The position numbers and the translations under genes are program-made. From assembly GCA_012026655.1 (NCBI GenBank), contig JAAILG010001262.1, positions 1 through 64,000 on the forward strand: a stretch of DNA of 64,000 nt. The letters are read 5' to 3'. Positions 60,901 through 64,000 of the stretch are shown in pieces (the stretch's first letter is position 1; each line of letters begins with the position of its first letter). Below the pieces are notes generated by a model. That model saw only the letters and a list, made by a program, of their open reading frames with translations. It did not search any database and was not told the origin of the DNA. The stretch is from Hydrolagus affinis. Taxonomy: Eukaryota.

Positions 60901-62971
60901 GGAACAATTCTTTGGTCATTACTGAAGCCATTGGTATTTGGCATTATACACATTTTGTGTTATTCGCACTTTTGTTTTTCCATGTTGGGGCAGATATTTA
61001 GCTGTACACTATTGTGTCAAAATTCTATTACGTCCATGAAACTAAATATTTCATTTAATTCAATCTACACAAAGAATGTCATTTTTTTTAAAAGTCCTAA
61101 TCTTGCATTTTACTTTTCCAGTTTATGTGGGATAATTCCCAGTTTGAGCAGCATTTTGCTTCCTCGTATGAATCCGTTTGTGCTGATTGACCTGGCGGGG
61201 GCCCTGGCACTCTGTATCACCTACATGCTGATTGAAATAAAGTATGTGTCCTTCATTTATAAATATGTAATTTATCTGAACGCTGACAGAATTGATAAGC
61301 GATTTGACTATTTGAACAACATGCAAGGACAAATTGCATTTGGGTCTAGATTTACTCATTTCAGAGATTCCAAGAAGTGGCAAATTCTCAAATGTGACCT
61401 TACTCTTATTTGTATGAGAGCTTGGTGCATTGGTTGCACTCTCGTCTCTGAGTCGTAAGGTTATTCGTTCAAGCTGTATGTCGGAACTTTGAACTTTTAT
61501 AGTCTATGCTAATGTTCAAATGTAGTGCTGGAGTCAAAAATTGGTCATTCATTTCATGGTTGTGTAACGGACATTGCTGTGCGCAAATTGGCTGCTGCGC
61601 ACACTCACAAAATACACAGTCACTGGACTTTACAGTATATCCAGTGAAGTGCTTTGGCCATCCTCCTGACATTAATGGCTCTATACCAATCTAGACATTA
61701 TTATTTTAAAAATTTGATTTGGAATCTCGTTTTCTGTAAATTCTTTTAGGAATTACAATTGATTCAAAATTAAGATTGAATTCAGTAATTTGCTAAATTC
61801 TAGAACATAAAAAGCTACATAAATAGAGTATTGTATATTTAGACTATAATCTCTCTGTGAAAGTATAGGAGAACATGAGAATTAATTGTCTTTTAATGCA
61901 CATCAGCATTTGCCTGTGAAGTTTGTGTAATAGAGATGGCGTAGATTTTTATTTCTAAATGTGTTATTGTAGACCAGCATTTTATATCAGTTAATATATG
62001 TTCAGAATTGTTTCAAAATTATAACCGTATTTTGAGAGATCTTTTTCAGATACAATTTTAGAAAAAACATAGAAATAGTGCTAAAGTTAATTTTCCATCT
62101 CTTCACTTCCACAACCAAATATTCCTGTTTACTTTCCATTTAACTTGTGCACTATTGTACTGAGTCACAATTGTATTTCTTTTTGGACTAGCAAAATGGG
62201 TACGTAGTAAAGTATTCATAATAATTTAGCTGCTTTATAATCTGTAATGGAAAATGTATGAGTCTGTATCACTGCCCTCTACTCATCAGCGTTTTTTTTC
62301 CCCACCTCTGTTTCCAGTAATTATTTTTCAGTTGACACCGCCTCAGCTATAGCTATTGCTGTTATGACCTTTGGTACCATGTATCCGATGAGTGTCTACA
62401 GTGGAAAGGTGCTGCTTCAGGTAGGAAAGCTTTTATCTGATGTTGTTTGAATCCCACGACAGTAGAAAAGCAACAACAATGATCTAAATCTGAGATTTGC
62501 CAACGAACGGTTGTATTGATACAGCCTTTAGCTAAATAAATCAAAGCAAGCACATGAATCCTTTTACCTTCATCCATGTTTACTACTGACCAATAAGATC
62601 AAACGGTTGAGACCCAGAGTTGTCTGTTGCTTGAGGTTTGGTGTTTTATTTTTGCTGTCAGTGGCCAGCAGGTGTAAACAATTTCTTCACAAGATGAGGG
62701 AAGAGCTGACACTAACCCATTCCCCTCCTTGTGATTGCTTATTAAATGTGTACAATGTGGATAACTTGGCCTTGGAGACAGTAGTTAAACAGCTCTCAAA
62801 GGGAGTGAAATTGAGGGGAAATGTTTTTCCTTCTCCAAATGAACAGAATTAATAAATAGGACATATATTATACTGTTGTAACCTGAAAGTTTGAAACTTT
62901 TTAAAAAAAACTGTTCTCTGCAGACGACACCTTCTCATGTGATTGGACAACTGGACAAGCTTTTGAGAGAG
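886..62971 (+). CDS. SLC30A6: Zinc transporter 6 (ZnT6, CDF/SLC30 family), spliced CDS, 3'-incomplete: join(886..888,17599..17685,19806..19890,43410..43452,45485..45550,49280..49360,51662..51697,52185..52279,58941..58989,61122..61241,62318..62420,62924..62971)
   Basis: The spliced translation is open for 272 codons: MGTIHPFRKSHRSLGGKFTQEFLLVAADRRSWKILLFGVLNVVCTGFLLMWCSATNSMALTAYTYLTIFDLFSLVTCLISFWVTLKKPSAGYSFGFERFEVLAVFAATVLAQLGALFILKESVERFVEQPEIHTGRLLVGTFVALFFNLLTMLSLKNKPFAYVSEAASTSWLQEHVADLSRSLCGIIPSLSSILLPRMNPFVLIDLAGALALCITYMLIEINNYFSVDTASAIAIAVMTFGTMYPMSVYSGKVLLQTTPSHVIGQLDKLLRE. It is colinear with vertebrate ZnT6 as I recall it. All introns are GT-AG and phases are consistent. Confidence 0.97.
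1207..1449 (-). mobile_element. tRNA-headed Deu-type SINE (head variant B), tail missing
   Basis: Body shared with 4956-5302; head ...ggcgagtgctctaaccactgagctacagaactcc. Confidence 0.85.
1510..1668 (+). mobile_element. Older Deu-SINE 3' portion
   Basis: tgctgtgtgctaattggctgccacatttcccta...gtgaaaggtgctatatcaaatgca..(att)n. Confidence 0.7.
2375..2477 (-). mobile_element. SINE 3' part; continues at 3838-3955 after an L2 insertion
   Basis: ataataataacaatccttgcatttgatatag...gtgaattgactgtatat. Confidence 0.85.
2495..3836 (+). mobile_element. 5'-truncated L2 LINE with frameshifted ORF2 reverse-transcriptase remnant
   Basis: RT motifs FDTVDH, GVPQGSVLGPLLF and YGDDTQLY (ORF 2571..3104); L2 C-terminal LVHAFITSRLDY and LWNSIP..L...SL..FK.LKT.LF; (ttg)n tail. 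Confidence 0.95.
3838..3955 (-). mobile_element. SINE central part (continuation of 2375-2477)
   Basis: ggcagccaattgcacacagcagtgtcccacaaacagtcgtggattgaa...gtggagtaagga. Confidence 0.85.
4956..5302 (-). mobile_element. Full-length tRNA-headed Deu-type SINE (head variant A)
   Basis: The minus strand starts GGAGCTCCTGTGGTTTAGTGGTTAGAGCAC (A box), has B box GTTCGAATCC, a Deu-like core and an L2-like 3' end with (TTA)n tail. Confidence 0.92.
5591..6494 (-). mobile_element. Tigger/pogo-family DNA transposon, internally deleted, non-autonomous
   Basis: TA on both sides (5589-5590, 6495-6496); TIRs CAGGTAAACCTC.ATTTACGA / TCGTAAATCGAGGCTTACTTG; degenerate transposase N-terminus on the - strand homologous to 10859-11335. 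Confidence 0.92.
8378..9100. mobile_element. Tigger/pogo-like MITE with long internal inverted repeat (copy 1)
   Basis: TA TSD (8376-8377, 9101-9102); TIRs CAGTAGAAGCCCATTTATC / GATAAACGGTCTTCTACTG; second copy at 23707-24406. Confidence 0.92.
10438..11619 (+). mobile_element. Tigger/pogo-family DNA transposon, internally deleted, retaining the HTH-encoding part of the transposase
   Basis: TA TSD (10436-10437, 11620-11621); TIRs CAGGTAAGCCTCTTTAGGA / TCCTAAAAAGAGATTTACCTG. Confidence 0.95.
10859..11335 (+). pseudogene. Truncated Tigger-like transposase: CENP-B N-terminal (psq) HTH plus CENP-B/Tc5 HTH, no DDE domain
   Basis: RKVITLNTKLEVIK...IGR-like/GL...TVATIKQNK; MERMLSVWIEDQ...IPL....IQEKAKSLF...F.ASRGWFQRFKRHYGLHNIKMSG; frameshift and deletion just before the catalytic domain. 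Confidence 0.9.
12080..12205 (+). mobile_element. CR1-type LINE 3' end, inserted in an old Deu-SINE
   Basis: aagggatatgggg...gatcagccatgatcttattgaatggtgg..caggcttgaggggcagaatggcctactcct...atgttcttat. Confidence 0.75.
12368..12500 (-). mobile_element. CR1-type LINE 3' end
   Basis: (atagaatc)n tail followed by acagcacaaaaagaggccattcggcccatcgagtctgtgccggc. Confidence 0.8.
12864..13170 (-). mobile_element. SINE (head variant A), 5'-truncated inside the tRNA head
   Basis: Long (aat)n tail and full body; retains B box (ggattcgaac) but ends before the A box. Confidence 0.92.
13187..13400 (+). mobile_element. SINE (head variant B), head-to-head with 12864-13170
   Basis: tggcctagtggttagagcacttgcctcacaagtgagagacctgggtttgattccc...gggcaagtttccttactcca. 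Confidence 0.88.
14505..14905 (-). mobile_element. Old Deu-domain SINE
   Basis: tttaatgtctcatctgaaagacagtacctctgacaat (Deu core) ... gggtttgaacccaccactttttgactcagg (tRNA head). Confidence 0.65.
15985..16685 (+). mobile_element. Degenerate L2 ORF2 3' fragment
   Basis: MSNFLKLNANQTK...NLGILFDPQL...LIHAFIASRLD (ORF 15977..16339). Confidence 0.9.
16930..17300 (-). mobile_element. Old L2-like 3' fragment
   Basis: Purine-rich + strand pattern (gttttgaaagaggataggga...ctgaaagattgcccacc) resembling the other minus-strand L2 copies. Confidence 0.55.
17599..17685 (+). CDS. SLC30A6: ZnT6 coding exon 2 (87 nt) GTIHPFRKSHRSLGGKFTQEFLLVAADRR
   Basis: tttctttaaag|GGG...CGG|gtaagt; matches the ZnT6 N-terminus. 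Confidence 0.95.
18380..18740 (-). mobile_element. Old Deu-domain SINE
   Basis: aaatagtgcc...ggcagatgggtcctcgattttaatgtttcatctg...cacctcc; head gtgggatttgaact....ttttgacttagag. Confidence 0.65.
18559..18595. repeat. Perfect 17-bp inverted repeat with 3-nt loop
   Basis: TGCCTGTGCAGATGAAT-agc-ATTCATCTGCACAGGCA. Confidence 0.95.
19806..19890 (+). CDS. SLC30A6: ZnT6 coding exon 3 (85 nt) SWKILLFGVLNVVCTGFLLMWCSATNSM (TM1)
   Basis: tctacag|TCA...ATGG|gtaagt. Confidence 0.97.
20553..20795 (-). mobile_element. L2 3' fragment
   Basis: catttgcatagcgcctatcacgtcaggag..atcccaaagcactggacagtc...ggtcttga...gggatggagttccagag. Confidence 0.8.
22995..23430 (-). mobile_element. L2 3' fragment
   Basis: LHWLPIPQRIKFKILVLTFKALHG.SPSYL (ORF 22938..23495) plus tail. 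Confidence 0.92.
23707..24406. mobile_element. Tigger/pogo-like MITE with internal inverted repeat (copy 2, same orientation as copy 1)
   Basis: TA|CAGTAAAAGCCCATTTATCCGGC ... GGATAAACAGGCTTCTACCG; colinear with 8378-9100. Confidence 0.92.
24590..25060 (+). mobile_element. L2 3' fragment
   Basis: ctccactggctccccatc...ttcaagatcct...gccctccatggcctcgcc...cagcgccttggcacatcctcctgatgtgaa...(ttg)n. Confidence 0.9.
28262..28470. mobile_element. Short (209 bp) derivative of the same MITE family, lacking the internal inverted repeat
   Basis: TA|CAGTAAAAGCCTGTTTATCCGGCACCC ... ATAAACGGGCTTTTACTG|TA. Confidence 0.9.
28745..29015 (+). mobile_element. L2 3' fragment with internal deletion
   Basis: gatcctcgtcctcacattcaa...ctaccatcggtggcc.gggctttcagcctctctg...cagcgctttgggacgtcctccc...(ttg)n. 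Confidence 0.85.
31200..32872 (+). mobile_element. 5'-truncated degenerate L2 LINE (ORF2 RT remnant) with two nested mini-tail insertions
   Basis: KPTTCSLDPIP, INLSLSTGTVP..LKTA, NYCPISKLPFLSKVLERVV, QSGF...HSTETAL, YADDMQL, ISRLDYANSLL; many frameshifts. Confidence 0.95.
33330..33695 (+). mobile_element. Old CR1-type LINE 3' fragment
   Basis: ctgtttccacttgttgatgagtc.aaac.ag..gcataaatctaagat...cagagagcggtgagattgtgaaactc...ggtggttgaag. Confidence 0.65.
33725..34390 (+). mobile_element. CR1-type LINE ORF2 C-terminal/3' fragment, interrupted by an L2 tail at about 33765-33922
   Basis: Remnants resembling KKAN.ILG and W.P..RKD..A.ERVQ.RF; 3' end ...acagacacaatgggccggatg. Confidence 0.75.
36400..36960 (-). 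mobile_element. CR1-type LINE RT remnant
   Basis: LQTELGRVCTRADNWQMKFITDKCQV...KYSI....L....AERDAGV (ORF 36463..36675), the CR1 WQM.FN..KC.V motif. Confidence 0.8.
38318..38650 (-). mobile_element. L2 3' fragment
   Basis: TLWNSILESLCLSPFLASFKTFLFD (ORF 38364..38594) plus tail. Confidence 0.85.
39615..39908 (-). mobile_element. Near full-length SINE (head variant B)
   Basis: Tail, body and head ...ggggatcaaacccagatctctcgtttgtaaggcgagtgctctaaccactgagctacaggactcc. Confidence 0.92.
40176..40283 (-). mobile_element. SINE 3' fragment
   Basis: ataatccttgcatttttaatatagcgct...gtgaattgactgtatatttgtggg. Confidence 0.85.
41458..41492. repeat. Perfect 15-bp inverted repeat with 5-nt loop
   Basis: ACAGTGACGATCATT-gtgga-AATGATCGTCACTGT. 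Confidence 0.95.
43182..43300 (-). mobile_element. SINE 3' fragment about 110 nt upstream of exon 4
   Basis: (aat)n..gcttgaatttgatatatcgc...aagtgaattgactgtatattttgtggg. Confidence 0.8.
43410..43452 (+). CDS. SLC30A6: ZnT6 coding exon 4 (43 nt) ALTAYTYLTIFDLFS (TM2)
   Basis: Long polypyrimidine tract, then ctacag|CT...TTCAG|gtaatt. Confidence 0.96.
45485..45550 (+). CDS. SLC30A6: ZnT6 coding exon 5 (66 nt) LVTCLISFWVTLKKPSAGYSFG
   Basis: tttcttccttag|T...TTTGG|gtaagt; contains the YSFG part of the CDF signature. Confidence 0.96.
49280..49360 (+). CDS. SLC30A6: ZnT6 coding exon 6 (81 nt) FERFEVLAVFAATVLAQLGALFILKES (TM3)
   Basis: aatttcag|G...GAAAG|gtagga. Confidence 0.96.
50368..50680 (-). 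mobile_element. Full-length, little-diverged SINE (head variant A)
   Basis: The minus strand reads GGAGCTCCTGTGGCTTAGTGGTTAGAGCACTTGTCTTGCAAGCTGGGGAGACCTGTGTTCGAATCCAGGCAGG, with A and B boxes and many CpGs retained. Confidence 0.93.
50660..50696. repeat. Perfect 17-bp inverted duplication of the SINE 5' end
   Basis: CCACTAAGCCACAGGAG-ctc-CTCCTGTGGCTTAGTGG. Confidence 0.95.
51662..51697 (+). CDS. SLC30A6: ZnT6 coding exon 7 (36 nt) VERFVEQPEIHT
   Basis: ctttccacag|T...CATAC|gtaagt. Confidence 0.95.
52185..52279 (+). CDS. SLC30A6: ZnT6 coding exon 8 (95 nt) GRLLVGTFVALFFNLLTMLSLKNKPFAYVSE (TM4)
   Basis: atcctgcag|G...GAAG|gtgtgt. Confidence 0.96.
53532..53700 (-). mobile_element. L2 3' tail fragment
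   Basis: (aac)n aaaattacacttgtgtagtgcctttcatgtccggaggatgtcccaaggcactggacagtc. Confidence 0.85.
55805..56235. mobile_element. Old Deu-SINE pieces in opposite orientations (head on +, core fragment on -)
   Basis: agcactctcctgagtcagaag....ggttcaagccccac...gtgctgcattgtcggaggtgcc; then ttttaatagttccatgagatctttaacatccatctg...tctcatccaaaggatggcatct. Confidence 0.6.
58941..58989 (+). CDS. SLC30A6: ZnT6 coding exon 9 (49 nt) AASTSWLQEHVADLSRS
   Basis: cattacag|CT...CGAAG|gtaaga. Confidence 0.96.
61122..61241 (+). CDS. SLC30A6: ZnT6 coding exon 10 (120 nt) LCGIIPSLSSILLPRMNPFVLIDLAGALALCITYMLIEIN (TM5)
   Basis: ttttccag|T...ATAAA|gtatgt; lies within ORF-track entry 60880..61458. Confidence 0.97.
61420..61706 (+). 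mobile_element. Deu-type SINE, internally deleted
   Basis: ggttgcactctcgtctctgagtc..aaggtt...gttcaag; ttgctgtgcgcaaattggctgctgcg; gtgaagtgctttgg...(tta)n. Confidence 0.75.
62318..62420 (+). CDS. SLC30A6: ZnT6 coding exon 11 (103 nt) NYFSVDTASAIAIAVMTFGTMYPMSVYSGKVLLQ (TM6)
   Basis: tgtttccag|T...CTTCAG|gtagga. Confidence 0.97.
62924..62971 (+). CDS. SLC30A6: ZnT6 coding exon 12 (48 nt) TTPSHVIGQLDKLLRE, start of the cytosolic C-terminal domain
   Basis: ttctctgcag|ACG...GAG|gtatgt. Confidence 0.96.
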
Positions 62972-63946
62972 GTATGTATCCATGATACTTTGACTACATA
63001 TACTCTCGAGTCCTTTTCTGTCTCTGGGATTTTGCAATTCACTTAGCTTTGCACTAGACTCAGAGTCATTTGCTGTATATATCTGTTCCCTTTAATAACA
63101 ACAACAAAATTACATTTAGAGAGCGCTTTTCACATCGGGAGGACTTCCTAATAAATAGACTGATTCTGAGGGCCAACAGTTCAAGAGAGATTTGCAAGAC
63201 CAGTTAAATCACTGGTGTCCACTGGAAAGCTGTCTTACTTTTTGAAGCAGCTACTCCTTGTTCACGCCACTGGTATTGGAATCAGCCTATTTGCTTGAAA
63301 CAATGTGACACATTTTGGTTTGGTTGTGTCGATGGTAAACCAAACTATCAATATCAAAACTACAGTATCCTGAATTAATATGGCTTTAGAATATAAACTG
63401 TTGCAGAAACCTACTGTCAAGAGTATTACATTTTTACTTGCAAATATTTGGAAATTTGGAACTTTAAACTGAAATAGTGGATTAAATAACAGTTAAATAA
63501 CGGCTGGTGTAAAACACATTTTTCCCAGTGATATGGAAGGGAATCACACGGGAGACCACCTGGTTTTGGCAGCACATCAATTCATATTGCTGCAATATAA
63601 ACACAGCTGTTGAGAGTCAACTAAAGCTCTACTGACAAATGGTCCCTTAAATGATGTGGCCAGTCCAGTGAAATGTTTAAGAACTTTTATGGAGTAATGT
63701 TTTTTAAAAATACATATATTGTTAAACCTCAGTCTATGAATGCACTTAGCTCTGTACATAGAGAACTCTTCTCAGCCCCAGTAAATACAGTGGGCTTCCA
63801 AATCTATTCACTGTTTGAAACTGTATGACTGGTGATTGATCCTCTGAATGCATTGTTGCCCGATTAAGTAAATGGTGACTTGCGGCTGAGAGGTAAAGCA
63901 TTGGATTACCAATCAAATTAAGTCAAGTTAACTCTACATGGATTTC

Positions 63947-64000
63947 AGCACCTTGGGATGTTGTCGCGATGTGAAAGGTGCTATACAGATGTAATTTTGT
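63947..64000 (+). mobile_element. L2 mini-tail at the window edge
   Basis: cagcaccttgggatgttgtcgcgatgtgaaaggtgctatacagatgtaattttgt. Confidence 0.75.

Noticed and set aside
60880-61458. 192-aa ORF as a standalone membrane protein
   Set aside because: Only 61122-61241 is coding (ZnT6 exon 10); the rest is open intron. The same applies to ORFs 19695..19898 and 49167..49364.
889-62980. U12-type or non-canonical introns in SLC30A6
   Set aside because: All donors are ordinary GT (gtcagc, gtaagt, gtaatt, gtagga, gtgtgt, gtaaga, gtatgt); none shows RTATCCTT
1-64000. Prokaryotic or phage systems (CRISPR array, operon, defence or RNA-guided nuclease loci)
   Set aside because: The DNA is intron-exon structured vertebrate sequence. 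There is no regularly spaced repeat-spacer array and no long ORF outside decayed transposons.

Overview
This is vertebrate genomic DNA, not prokaryotic. The repeat content (L2 and CR1 LINEs, tRNA-headed Deu-type SINEs, pogo/Tigger DNA transposons) points to a cartilaginous fish, possibly a chimaera; that taxonomic call is inference. One + strand gene, SLC30A6 (zinc transporter ZnT6), spans almost the whole window. I read 11 internal coding exons directly (17599-62971), all with AG/GT boundaries and compatible phases, plus a probable ATG-only first coding exon at 886-888. Together they give 816 nt (272 codons), from MGTIHPFRK to IGQLDKLLRE; the last exons lie beyond the window. The introns hold decayed L2 and CR1 fragments, many SINEs, two internally deleted Tigger-like elements in inverted orientation and three copies of a Tigger-like MITE. 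I found no clearly new protein-coding system. The most notable unexplained structure is: (i) a MITE built as a fold-back of a transposase 5' region; (ii) concentric inverted repeats that could fold the pre-mRNA over 2-6 kb; (iii) repeated perfect 15-17 bp hairpins that look like template-switch scars; (iv) an unusual 5' end with a possible upstream exon and an overlapping uORF; (v) an MRE-like motif carried by the SINE inside a zinc-transporter gene.
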